A stretch of 51,756 nt of DNA from Ionaspis alba (GCA_964255285.1 CAXUUL010000033.1:1-51756); one strand, 5' to 3'; positions 25,347 to 37,700 are shown, numbered from the stretch's first letter. A program made the numbers and translations. Notes: generated by a model from the letters alone, not told the origin.

Positions 25347-25859
25347 CGAATGGATACCGACCGGCCTTCGGAGTCTTTTCCACCAGGTCAATTTTCTAGA
25401 TATGGCGTAGAATTGTTCTGCAAACCCTGTGAAAACGACATAGGTGATAGAGTACAATGTATCCTATTCGCTGTTTCTTTCAACACGTATAAGATCCGCA
25501 TACCAGGAGGATGCACCCGGGTTACAAAATAAGATCCTCAGCATCACTGACATCGCTATACAGAACACCTAAAGCTAGCTCGATTAGCCGGGCTTAGGGG
25601 GCCAATCCGCCAAACACCTCTTTTGAGTGCCCAACTTTTTGGTATTTCGCGCGGGTGAGCGAACGACCCTTACAAGGGAGTGCTAGAACCCGCTCCAACT
25701 GGATATTGCATGTACAATTCCCTTGTAAACTCTTACTGCACGGCACTGAATTTCAGCCGCCGGTCGTGTCTTATCAGCGTAGACTATATTTTGAAACCAT
25801 TGCATACTGCTCGAGGCGTGAATGCATCATCTGTCTTCCTATGCCTTGGATGAGGGGCG

Positions 25860-28556
25860 ATGCCTCCGCCCCTGGCGAAGAAACAGAAGCGGCTGATTGT
25901 GCTGAGCTCAGACGACGACTACGGCGAGGATGATGATAATGACAAGCCCACCGAGAAGGAAAACTGTGTCCGACTATCGTCCACAGCAGTGAATGAAGGT
26001 GCTGGAGCTGATAGCACAGCTGCACTACCTACGAGAGCGCGGACGAAAACCTCTACCACCAAATTCGGATCCAACAAAAGCACCCCAGCTTCGTCACCAA
26101 AAAAGATATCCAAGAGCACGAAGCGGGCTCCGAAATCGGCATCTCTGTACAGTTTCTTTAACGCTGCAACACAGACTCAGAGAGAAGGTAGTCTCCCTAG
26201 AGCTACACCACCGATTGCGGAGCAGGAAGAGGAGGACCTTATCCAAGACGATTCTCCCAACGAAGCAATTCTGAGCTCGACACAAACTCAAAAGGACCAG
26301 CAACATGCTGGAAACGTTCACAAGCGGCCTCGTGCCCCGACCTTTGGCTCGCAAACCCTAGTCTGTAAGGAGATACATCCAAATGTTAGTCAACGATTCT
26401 TGAACCCACATAAGTCGTCACAGGGTAGTACGACATCCGCTGTACTTTCTACATCTAGTGGCAAAGGCACTAGACCATGGGCAGAGGAGTTTGCTCCCAC
26501 GAACTTGGAAGAGTTGGCTGTCCACAAGAAAAAGGTTTCCGATGTTCGGAATTGGCTTGAAAATGTTATGGGAGGAAGGGACCACAAGGTATGCTGTCAA
26601 TCTCCAGCGAGAGTTCACTACCTCACATTGACCCTTTGCAAGAGACTTCTGGTACTGAAAGGATCTTCCGGGACTGGGAAGACTGCCACGTTGACCACGC
26701 TATCTACAACGCTAGGATTTGATATTGCAGAATGGAAAAATCCTAGTAGCTCTGATTTTTCGTCCGATAGCTTCTTGTCAATGAGCGCACAATTTGAAGA
26801 CTTTCTGTCAAGAAGCGGGACGTTTAATGGCCTTACTCTACAGCTTTCGACATCCAAGGCTCCTTCACCATCTATCGCTCGGCCCAGCGATCAGCGGAAA
26901 AAAGTCATCTTGATTGAAGAATTTCCAAATACGTTCTCCCGAACTTCCACCGCCACAGCTTCCTTCCGATCAAGCGTTCTTAAATTTTTGGCTCTGAGCA
27001 CGCCATCTTTAGGGTCTCTTTTTGCAAAAAGACACGAGTCATCCGGCCCCATTACACCTATCATCATGATAATATCAGAGACACTAATTACGTCAACGAC
27101 AGCAGCTGCCGAGAGCTTCACGGCCCATCGACTACTGGGGCCTGAGATACTCAGCCATCCTGGGACTACCATGATGGAATTCAACCCAATCGCACCTACA
27201 ATTCTTACAAAAGCTCTTGATCTAGTGATACGAAAAGAAGCTCGACAGTCCGGGAGACGGCGAACACCAGGTCCTGCAGTGTTGAGAAAGCTCAGCGAAA
27301 TAGGAGACGTCCGTAGCGCGATAGGCTGCCTCGAGTTCATGTGTGTACGAGGAGATGACAGTGGCGACTGGGGTGGTAGAGTGGCTACGAAAGGTAACAG
27401 CGGGGCGAAGAGTGCCGCGGCTCTGACGAAGATGGAACAGGAATCTATCGAGATGGTCACACAAAGAGAAGTCACACTCGGTATTTTCCATGCCGTGGGC
27501 AAAGTCGTCTATAACAAACGGGACGAGGTGCCTGCATCTGATCCGCACATTGATCCTCCGGTCCAGCCTCCAGATCACCTTTACCACTATGCCAGACCTA
27601 GGGTATCGCAAGTGTCTGTCGACGAATTGATGGATGAGACTGGGACGGATGTCTCCACATTCGTTGCTGCATTACACGAAAATTATGTGCTATCTTGCGA
27701 CTGCCCCGAATCCATGGATGCCATCAACGGGTGCCTCGATGCCTTATCTGATAGCGATCTTCTCTCTGCCGAAAGACGCGGTGGTGCAGGTACTCGTCAC
27801 AATTCTGGTCTTCGTAACTTCCAGGGTTCTAGCCAGGAGAGTTTGAGACAAGGCGAAATCTGCTTCCAGGTTGCTGTTCGTGGAATACTGTTTGCTCTAC
27901 CATACCCTGTCAAGCGTCGTGCTGCCAACACAGGGACAGGAAGTCGAGGGGGCGGGAAGAATGATCTATTCAAAATGTTCTATCCTACCTCCTTGCGCCT
28001 GTGGAAGCAGACAGAGGAAGTTGAGGCCCTCATCGACCGATATACGGACGCTTCGATGGCACGCACTTTAATCTTGTCTGAGAAGTCTGCTGGTATGCCA
28101 AGTGGCGTGGAAATGTGGGCGAGCAAGTCCAATGCCATGTTTATTACAGGAGAGATACTGCCAGCGTTCGAAGATCCTGTCCACTTGCCTTTAGTAGTCG
28201 GTGTGAACTCAGCACGCACTGAAATGATCCTTGAACGGCTTCCCTACATTGCGAAGATCGAGCGCCGTCACCAAAAGCATGGAAGAAAGAGGGATCTTGA
28301 GATCCTGACTCAGTTCCATGGCATCAACGCTCCAGACGACAGCGTTCCTGATGAAGAGGACGAAGACAGAACATCCTTCTCCCAAATGGGCAGTGCTATA
28401 GATGAACGGGCCAAGACATCTTCAATAAGACCAATCAATATGGGCTCTGGAAAGGCTGGCTTTGGCACGTCACAAGGAGGATTTAGCAGTTTTCATCCTG
28501 TCGAGCAAGCGGTTGGGAAACTTGTGATTAGTGACGATGATATAGAGGATGACTAA
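25860..28556 (+). CDS. RAD17: Checkpoint clamp-loader large subunit Rad17 (S. cerevisiae Rad24 orthologue), AAA+
   Basis: PWAEEFAPTNLEELAVHKKKVSDVRNWL, Walker A GSSGTGKT, ILIEEFP, FNPIAPT, GDVRSAIGCLEF and LGIFHAVGKVVYNKR. A probable in-frame 54-nt intron lies at 26589-26642. Confidence 0.94.
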   Translation: MPPPLAKKQKRLIVLSSDDDYGEDDDNDKPTEKENCVRLSSTAVNEGAGADSTAALPTRARTKTSTTKFGSNKSTPASSPKKISKSTKRAPKSASLYSFFNAATQTQREGSLPRATPPIAEQEEEDLIQDDSPNEAILSSTQTQKDQQHAGNVHKRPRAPTFGSQTLVCKEIHPNVSQRFLNPHKSSQGSTTSAVLSTSSGKGTRPWAEEFAPTNLEELAVHKKKVSDVRNWLENVMGGRDHKVCCQSPARVHYLTLTLCKRLLVLKGSSGTGKTATLTTLSTTLGFDIAEWKNPSSSDFSSDSFLSMSAQFEDFLSRSGTFNGLTLQLSTSKAPSPSIARPSDQRKKVILIEEFPNTFSRTSTATASFRSSVLKFLALSTPSLGSLFAKRHESSGPITPIIMIISETLITSTTAAAESFTAHRLLGPEILSHPGTTMMEFNPIAPTILTKALDLVIRKEARQSGRRRTPGPAVLRKLSEIGDVRSAIGCLEFMCVRGDDSGDWGGRVATKGNSGAKSAAALTKMEQESIEMVTQREVTLGIFHAVGKVVYNKRDEVPASDPHIDPPVQPPDHLYHYARPRVSQVSVDELMDETGTDVSTFVAALHENYVLSCDCPESMDAINGCLDALSDSDLLSAERRGGAGTRHNSGLRNFQGSSQESLRQGEICFQVAVRGILFALPYPVKRRAANTGTGSRGGGKNDLFKMFYPTSLRLWKQTEEVEALIDRYTDASMARTLILSEKSAGMPSGVEMWASKSNAMFITGEILPAFEDPVHLPLVVGVNSARTEMILERLPYIAKIERRHQKHGRKRDLEILTQFHGINAPDDSVPDEEDEDRTSFSQMGSAIDERAKTSSIRPINMGSGKAGFGTSQGGFSSFHPVEQAVGKLVISDDDIEDD

Positions 28557-28781
28557 ACAATCACTTGTTGACAATAAACCCTTCTACGAAGATATGCAGG
28601 TCAATGGTAATTGGCAAGATACTGCGCCCAGCATTCATTTCTAAATCCAATCTCTCGATTGCTTGAGATGCCTGAACTTTTCGAATCCATACAAGGAAGC
28701 CTGCTAGCCAGCATTCTTTCCATGAGAATACTGTATGGAAGCCAGTTTTCTCATTCCTCTCAATCAACCGTTGTTCTAGGC

Positions 28782-29003
28782 TCATCTTCTGTTCGCCAGC
28801 CAAGTACTCCTAGCTGCTCCATCCCCTGCCACTTTCTCCCCCGTTTTCACCACGAAGCTTTTGGCTTTGTCCATGAAATTTCTATCTCTTGGTTCTTTGG
28901 TTTCGGGCCTCGAGATTGTTGTTGATGTCGAGTTTCGTGATGAGGTGGATGGATTGTAGTCGCGGAGGGTGGAGGGTGGGATGGCTGGAAAACCGTTGGG
29001 CAT
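28782..29003 (-). CDS. Small hypothetical protein (73 aa)
   Basis: MPNGFPAIPPSTLRDYNPSTSSRNSTSTTISRPETKEPRDRNFMDKAKSFVVKTGEKVAGDGAARSTWLANRR. It has a pyrimidine-rich leader and a TATAAA box on the minus strand near 29242-29247. No homology recognised. Confidence 0.45.
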   Translation of the reverse strand: MPNGFPAIPPSTLRDYNPSTSSRNSTSTTISRPETKEPRDRNFMDKAKSFVVKTGEKVAGDGAARSTWLANRR

Positions 29004-30001
29004 TCTGAAGGGCGTAGGGGGTGTTGTTGGCTGAAAGTTTGAGCAGAATAGACGTAGATCGGATTGTGATGGAGTGCGGAATTGATAGGCAAGGAAGAGA
29101 GGAGGTGTAGAAGGACACAGATAATTCAATTGTTGTTACTGTGAATTGCTATATTTGCAGAGCAGCGAACTGATGTGTAGTATCGTAAATAGGACAAGAC
29201 AGTGAACCATACTGTTATCCCTCAGGCAGCAAGAAGGTTCTTTATATGCAGTCTTTCATGTCACAATGAGTCAAAACCACACCGCTAAAGTAGCAAAAGA
29301 AACCACAATTGCGCGGTCAGGCTCGCCAGGCTACGTTGCTACTAAGGTTTAGAAAAGCAGATTCTAGCATCTTCACCGGCTCAATCCCCGCTTGAAATGA
29401 GACCCTGGAGGTTGGAGCAATGCTTAAGTTCGGTGAGTCATCCTTCTTTGGCGCTGTGGATTTGGTTCTTATGTCGATGCGTCGATGTGTCGATGAGGTA
29501 AGCTAGAACCAAGAACGGAAAATGGGATGACCCTGCAACTTCGGCTTACGCAAGAAAGTGGCGCTATATCCTGCTGCCTGTTGCCAATGCGGATTCTATA
29601 TGCTCTGACGGTATCTACGTTTGTAAGTATCCCATAACGACGCAGCGAAAAGTCTGCAAAGTGTCAGCCGAGATATAACGGGATATTTCCGCCGGAGGGA
29701 AGGAGTCATATGTGCAGCACGATTGCGCAGTGGTCGGAAGGTATCTCCATTGTGACGAAATAGAAGGCGTCTAAAAGCCAATCGCTCCGCTATCTATTGC
29801 ACAGCAAGCAATATGCCTATCAATGCTGGACTATGCGGTTCCACCGAACTATCCACAAGCCAAAGTTGCACCTCGCCTCAAAAGAGCTTACCCTCGAGCA
29901 TGTGCAAGAGTGCAGAATGCCAACTAAGCCGTCAGAAGCCAACACATATCGAAGTGCTATGAACAACCGAGAAAATCCAGCTTGCTTTGCAAACACTCCC
30001 C

Positions 30002-33000
30002 TCACCATTCCGTCCAGCCATTAGTTCGACTCGCCATTGTACTTGTCCGTGTCTTTGTCTTCGACCCCTTAGAGCGCTGTGGAACAAGTCCCACAGCCTG
30101 ATGACCAACACTATCCATTCTCGTCACGACCTCTTCCACAAGTTCAAACATACCAGGAACGACGCCAACAATGTCTTCAGCTACCCACGAAGCGACTTCG
30201 CCAAGCTCGATCGGATTCTCGCGCAGGACGGCATTGGCGAGTTCGGATGATATGGATGCTTCCCACCAGAGCCTATTGCCATCTGCAACCATGGCATCTT
30301 CGTCAACAGCGTAAGCTTTGAATTGATGGCCCTGACTTTGGACAATCACGAGGTCTTGAACTTCAGTCAGGTGAAGCAAGAGCAGTGGAGATTTCCCAGT
30401 ACACGGGTGGACTGTCTGACGCCGGACACTGACCGTCGTTACTCTAACGCCTGGGGCGGTAGTACCTCCTAGACTCGCGTTTTTACCTCCTGCAACCCAA
30501 AAGTCTTGAATGATATCTGCTACCTCGATTTCACCCTGGGAGGTACTGGTTAGAAGGAACGAGGCATCCCAAACCCGCTTTGGAAAGTGACAATTGACAG
30601 CTCCAACGGTTTCTGATTCTCCATGGACCTGGTAATGGAACAAGAGTCAAAGTGTTTCGCAGTTGTCACGCAGATGGCCTGGACGTACCTTTGATCCCCC
30701 ATTCGCATCAACTTCAACAATTCTATATTTTATCAGTATCAGTCATACTGGTCGTTTGAGACAGTGTATAGTATTCCATGTGTACGAACTTACACTGTGC
30801 GCTTCGTTTTTGAGTCGTGGCATTTGATCTCAAAAGTGACTTTGCGATCCACAGGCTCTTCATGAAACATCCTCCTGCCATTCTTGATCTTGACGTCGAG
30901 AACAAACTCAGCATCGACAAATGAAGTTGACAATCTATCATCCATCAACGAAAGTCTTAGAGCAGTATAGCGGATACTCACGGCTTCGAGAAGGCTGTTA
31001 CAACCCGTTTACTACTAGTCCCTGGACCGAACACTCTGTTCCAATCCTCCAATTTCAAACCTCGTTTGATAAACTCCTTCTCGACGTCTGTTCCTTTGAC
31101 ATAAAGTCGCCCGAGTGCAGCTACGAATGATACTCCATTGCTTGATCTACACATTTCCAGAAGATTGCGAATTGCCTCTGCGACCTTTGGTGAAACGTTC
31201 TCCGTTGGTTCTGGCTTTGTCTGTCGTGCCGAAGCACGGAGGTTCGGGATACGTCGAAAAACGCGAGTATTAGATTCGACAATCTTCTGTACGGTTTCCT
31301 TGGGCTTCAATGCTAGTTCCGCGAGACGTCTTGCATCGTCCTTTTGTATCGTCTTGGCGACGTCTTTCCAATGGTTCGGTCTCTGGAGTTCTCTCTTTGA
31401 CGGGTTGTTGCGTACAGGCTGAGCATTGGAAAGTAAGTCACCAGTTGGACCACCTCGTACGACCGTGCTCTCCCACTCTTTCTGTGGACTTAGATGGACC
31501 CTAGAGCTCACTTCGGGATTGCTCGGCATAAAAGGGTGTTTAATAGGTGGCAACATAGTTCCTGAACACTCCAAAGGCTCTGGCGGCGGTCTTGCTAACC
31601 TCCCCTTCACTACTCGCTTCGCCGTGTATACTTTCTGTGGCTGCTGGTGAGCTGTCGTGGCATGAATTGTTGTGTCAGTTCCTTCGCCGGTCGAAAAGGG
31701 ATCCGAGACCTCGTCAAGGGGCACCGTCTCATTCCAGGCGGCAACCGCATGATCAGAAGTGACGAGATACTGAGGTCGACCGCTGTTCTCTTCGTGGTCT
31801 GTTGGACGGTGGTCTCCAAAGGCAGGATACATGTAGTCGACCCAAAGCCGGCAGGTCTCGCTCGATGTTTGTCCGTTAGCCTGGACTTCTGATGTCTCTG
31901 CCTGCGTACCTTGGGCCATACTCGTCCATCGTGAGATAATACCATTCCACTTGACCATTGATAGCTCAAAATAGTCGGTATAAAGTCGTGGTGTTTGGGC
32001 AAGCAGACGACGATCGAGCACCTTCGATGGATTCAAGAAGCGATATTCAATGAAGGCTTCGTTCTCAGGAACATGAAAGTCATACACATATGCGCCAGAC
32101 TTACGCAGAACCTGGTAAGGTCAGCTCAAGCACATCCAGAGATAGCCTCGTGTTGAAGTACCGCTAATTCGAGTATGACTTTGAGCTTCGCCATTGCTCT
32201 TTCGACCTGAGGTTCTTCATCTCCCTTGACCGTGATCTTGCTCCTGCCATCGTACCCAATATTACAAGTGGTCAAGTCTCCAATCTGCTTCAATGTGCCG
32301 ACACCGAAGGCCAGCTTCACGATGTCGGGATCTGTCTTCGCGTCCCACGTTCTGCGAACAACCTCGTGCATGATTAGATCTACGGACTCTTCGACAACTT
32401 CACCACCATCACCTCCATGACCAGTGTCCTCTTGAGGACCCCCGACCATAAAGTCTTCGTCCTCGCTCTCGATGGCGTACGGGTCGATGAAATACTCTAT
32501 ACGCGCACCATCCAATCTTCGAATCTTGGGAACCTAGGATCCGAAGTGTCAGCTTGGCTCACGTCCGGAATTGCCTGCCTTACCTCAAACATATCTGGTT
32601 TCTCGCCTTGCTTCTTGAGCTGTTCTGCCCTTTCCATCTTAGGCTTTTCGAGCTCGATGTAGTCTTTCATGAGATGGAGAAAAGTGGTGACCACAAGCTG
32701 ATGTCTATCCTTAGGATACTCAATGACGAACACCTGAAGGCTTGCTCAGTATCAAATAGTTCTCAACAAGGGAAGACTCTTATGGCACTAACCCCTTCCT
32801 GGTACCACGTAAAACAGCCATCACCTGCTGCTGTGTTCCTGTGAGGAAAATGAGCTTTGTCTACAACGTCGGTCTAGCTCTGGCCAACCTGAACTGCCCT
32901 ATCAGCTCCTACAATATGGTTAGTCTGGAAGTCTTACGGAGGTTAAGTGGATGGTGAGCCTACCTCGGGATCAGTGAAGTAATACACTGGTGCAAAGACC

Positions 33001-33020
33001 ATCCGTAGAAGTATGGCCAT
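30002..33020 (-). CDS. Uncharacterised Pezizomycotina protein, 9 exons
   Basis: Canonical GT..AG introns link the fragments in frame: exons 33020-32964, 32908-32889, 32838-32793, 32733-32584, 32533-32162, 32111-30982, about 30934-30794, about 30722-30689 and about 30628-30002. Product: MAILLRMVFAPVYYFTDPEELIGQFRNTAAGDGCFTWYQEGVFVIEYP..ITVKGDEEPQVERAMAKL..GAVNCHFPKRVWDASF..RLWWEASISS..LGEVASW. The start may lie further upstream. Confidence 0.8.
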
Positions 33021-34631
33021 CGCGCCCCAATGCTTCACCACTGCCGAGCAATCACTCTGCACAACTTGGTTGAGTGTTGTTGATTGAGACTTCGGACTTG
33101 TGCTGGAGGTGTTGATTAGCAGCCTGCAGAAGCGACGAACGAGGTCAACACAAACTCTGGACATTCACTCTTGCCCCCGCACTGTGTTGATGCCTCGGTT
33201 GTGACGCAAATTCTGCCAAAAGCGTGCATGCTGATCAAATATGTAGATTAGAATTTTGAAGTTCGAGGTAGTGGTGTTTGCTTTCGCGAAAATGATCGTC
33301 ATGCAAAGTGCCGAAAGCGGATGCAATTCTAGGAATACTTACAAAATAGGCTTGTCAAAACAACCAAATTGAGGACAAACAGGTCCTGGTTTGATTATGC
33401 AATGTTACTCGAAGTGGTCAATTTGGTTGTTCAACACCGTGGTGTTGACGAGATTCAGTTGCAGGCTCAAAATTGAGCCTGCACCGCTGTTGCTGAAGCG
33501 ATTTCGATGCTGCTTGCCTTGAGCATGCCTACTATCTCGAGTTGTGCCGTAGGACTCACATCCGCAGCAGAGAAGATGCGGAAGTGATGGCGTTTGTCTG
33601 CTCTACAACAGGATTGACGGGGACATGGTTTGATGGCTTGTAAATTTGTTGTTGCGGAGGATGCGAAGCTATATGGTCCTGGCCACCTTTTTCTCCCTAC
33701 CGAAACAGACGCCCAAATCAACATCTCCTCTATCCGGAAGACGTCAGTGGATAAGAAGCCAGCAATGCCGACCGGCTTCGACTCCGGGGTAACTAGCCAT
33801 GATGGCTTCTCCACAGCTGATAGAGAGGTCAGTCGTGTCCTGAGTCGATAGACGCTGATCTTCTCTCTTGGCACCTGCCCGGGAAAGAACGATCCACGAA
33901 CCGAAGGATCATATATACATCCAAGCTCGGGGTTGCGATGACCAGAAGGACGACATCGATCGGCTCAAAAGGCGAGCCCGTCGAAACATTGGCCCTGCGC
34001 CACAAGAGGCTATATCGGAGTCTCGTCTGGTCGTGTACGGCCGGAGCCGTCGGGACCGTGCCAAAGCTGAATGGAGGTGATGGTAAGCAGGATCAACATC
34101 TCGATATGCCGCTTAGTATGTGCAAAGTGGACTCCTCTTTGAAAGAGGGGCCGTAGTCTCGTGCTCGAAGCCGAATCATCCACCTCGTTATACTGTCGTC
34201 GTTCGTGGGTCTGTTGTTCTTTTTTATCCTCGACGCTCTTCCTCATCGCCAATTAGAACAGTGGTTGTTGTCTGATACGCTCTCTCTTGTCTTGCACCTT
34301 GTGTTTGATGTGTAACTCCTAGCTTCTTGCGTTGAAAAATGTGCCAAGGGATGCCGCAGGGTCCTCAAACGTTCTTCTCGCTGCTTGGTGAAGATGTTCA
34401 AGTTTGGTTCCTCTTGTTTCCTCTCCGGGCAAGTCATGCCCTTCTCTCTGGCTGGTGCATCAACTTGAGGTTGTCGGTCTTTGAAATCGAGACCTGTGCG
34501 CCATGCCGTGTCCTTGCGTGTGGTCTGTTCTGCCACTGTACTGCTCCGACATTGATGCATTGTCCTCCTGTCGAGAATTTCCGTTCGAGCAGGCTGACAT
34601 TCCGGAGCAACTCCTCAAAGATGAGACTTTG

Positions 34632-34731
34632 NNNNNNNNNNNNNNNNNNNNNNNNNNNNNNNNNNNNNNNNNNNNNNNNNNNNNNNNNNNNNNNNNNNNN
34701 NNNNNNNNNNNNNNNNNNNNNNNNNNNNNNN
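34632..34731. other. Assembly gap (100 N) flanked by an exact 55-bp duplication
   Basis: 34577-34631 is identical to 34732-34786 (ATTTCCGTTCGAGC...GAGACTTTG). Confidence 0.95.
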
Positions 34732-37700
34732 ATTTCCGTTCGAGCAGGCTGACATTCCGGAGCAACTCCTCAAAGATGAGACTTTGCAGACCAACAGCTC
34801 CCGTTCGGCTGGGCACCATGTTGCTTTTTGGTACCACCTTGCAAGCTTCGAGTGCTGATGCTGCCAAATATTTCGTGCTCAGCGGAGTCATCTGGCGCTC
34901 TGGTATCCGCCGTCGAACGAGTGGCAGTGCTCTGAACCCAGCCCACGTGGCACTGAGAGGCTTCTACTTCCGCAACCGCGGATCCGGGATCTGAATGTGG
35001 ATGTGGGTGTGGGTGTAAGTGCGCGCGTGGATTTTGATTTTGGTGATCTGTTGAAGAAAACAATGCCATCGCCATGGCATAGTTCAAGGGGCAAGACAGG
35101 TTGGATGTCCAAGCCCAGCTTTTTTTGACTCGGCACAAGCCGTACGAAAGATGCAGCAATACGATGCATGGATCATGTCAGCAACCTTGTCTGCTGCCAT
35201 TGTTGGATAGCTCGTTCACGAGTCTCAAACATACAGGTGAGGCTGGTCCCTTAGCATGAACGCTCGAACGTCCTCTCAAACTCCGGATACGACAGTCGAG
35301 TAGGCGCTGGATGCAGACCGTCCCCAAGGCGGACCTTGATGAGGACAGTCTTTTGTCCGGAGTGCATCTCCGAATGGTTTCGCCGCAAGTTGGATAATCA
35401 ACAGACCGTCAACATTGGCACGACGGGCCCTGCCCGTATGTCATGGGAGGGTGCAAATAAAGAGGGCGTTAGTACCGACGAAGCGTATCAAAGGAGATGA
35501 GTATGAGTGTACAGATAGACAAGGCGCTCATATAAAGAGCGTTTGTGGTAATGAAAGAGCTTGCGATGCGGTCAATTTTGATAATTGTTGAGAATGTGGG
35601 CGTCAGATGTTGGGTTAAGAGATTGGTATGTTCCGGAATATTATCCTTTTCGCTCAAACTTCCTCTACAGCACGGATTACGACAAAGGCTCGGCAAATTA
35701 TGTAGTGCTATCTAATCATGAATACAAGCGAGTGAATTCAATGACTTAACTGCTTGCTGGAGGATGGTCTATGGTCAGGAGAGGCACGAGAAAGCCCGAA
35801 TCAGCCTGGCTAACCATGACAAGAGTGATGCGTGGAAAGACGATCCAGCCGAACAATAGTTATTGCTGACTCTTACACAGGTCTTACCGAAGAGCCGAAT
35901 CCAATGCTGTGCAAGACATAGTCGTATGCGAGCAGCTCAGGAAGAGGTCAGAGAAGCAAGTTTGTGGCTGAGCAGGGCCCAAAACAACGAGGGTAAGCTC
36001 CCGGGCGAGGCACTGTGATGAAGAGGATTCGCTCGAACAGGGAGGCTGTACTAGCTGAGCACATGATGGTGTGTGAGACCTGCTGACCGGAATTTATCTA
36101 AACACACGCTTAGGATAAAAAGAGAAAAGAAAAGCGGGCCTGCCGGCTTCGCCAATGAGGACTGAATGACACAAACAAAAGCCAATATCGATTCTCGAGG
36201 CGGTGTGTGGAGCAACATACTCTGGAAATAAGAGGAAGACACGTTATGAACCTTCTCTCGGTGCCGCCGATGCTTATTGACTTGCGGTGGGGCTGTGGGG
36301 CTGTCGATTTGGCTATTTAAGTGGCAACGGGAGTTGTCAAGCTTGATGGTCTGGCAGCCAAGGGTGCTGCAGGCTTCTGCGTGGTGAAAAACCTGTACAA
36401 TCTGAGCCTGACTGTGCTTGGTTGGACGCTGTATGGCTGGTTCCTTACCACAGATCCCAGTGCGCTCCCATAAGGTCATCTCTCTGTGCGCCGCTTATCT
36501 TCCACTTTTGTCGTTTGCGGAAGATAAGAAGCTAGTCATCGTGGGAAGGAACGAAGCCAAGTGAAGCAGACATGCTTGTACTGCAAAGGGATGCCCAAGG
36601 ACGAAGTGGGGAAGCTGTTTTAAGCCAAGCATCAGCACAATATTCCCTCCTCCAGAAATGGAGCGGTGGGTATCAGCCTGAGTCGCAATGTTCTTCATCC
36701 CTCTCCAAGCTAGCAGGAGTGACAAATACTGCCCGGTCTCCTTGAGACCCGCTGTCTGCAAGAGTCGTCTCGTCGCAATGTCTGCAGATCTGCCTGACTA
36801 ACTGCAATAGTGGAACGAGAGTCCAGAAATTCAGAACATGCCGGGCACCTTCATATATACAAAGCCGGTACTGACACATGCCATCAGAAGATCCCAAAGC
36901 AGGAATGAGAATGATAGCAAGAATTTTGGTCAGGCAAGGTGTATGGAAGAGGCGTGGCCGCAGCTCAGAGCGAGCGACGTCGAGAAATCCAAAAGCTTTA
37001 TGGTATCTGCCCATGTGTGGAGGAAGTATTGACTAGCAGCAGTCAGTACCAGCTCGTCTCCTCGGGACCAAGGTCGGGTAAGCAACGGTCAAGAAGGCTG
37101 TTGAGTTTGACTAGAGACCAGGAGGGCCAAGGCGATGGTGCGAGTGATGAAGCGAGTGATAATTTCGCGCAACAGCGACGAGGAAGAGAACCGTCCACGA
37201 CATCATGCCTCTGATTGTATGCTACCGATATGTCGTTTCATCTTCAAAAGATATGAGCTGATTGGCAAATCGGGAGTCACGACAAAGAAGACAGTCGACG
37301 AGGGGCGTCGACATGCTTGCTACAACAGCAGGACATCAAAGACCTTCTAGCAATCACTCATATATACACAAATCATCCATGTACCATACCCAAATACTAT
37401 CATTGTAACCAATGAAGGTCTACAAAGAGTTGAGGTTCGTGTCGACCTGGAGTCTGAAGGAGCAAGGGAAAAGGTGAAGCTCTGTAGAGCCGGCCATGTT
37501 TTTGTACCCAGATGACCTCGGCGCTGGGGCATCTTCTCGCCGTATTCATTCACGTTCATGAGGAATGAGACCGCGTTCTCATACCTCGGGAAGCGTATTC
37601 AATGTCGGATGAAGAGGAAGCTATCATTCCAGAGCGTGGCAAATGACACTTCGCTCTAAACGCTAAGACTGATACTAGGGCTGCGCACAAAGGGGCTTCA

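Noticed and set aside
34577..34786. 55-bp direct repeat around an unknown insert, resembling a target-site duplication or LTR edge
   Set aside because: It is exactly 55 bp on both sides of a 100-N gap, and the same pattern recurs at the second gap. This fits k-mer overlap from de Bruijn scaffolding rather than biology.
34995..35016. (RTGTGG)n short repeat
   Set aside because: Only three to four imperfect units: a simple microsatellite, not telomeric TTAGGG.
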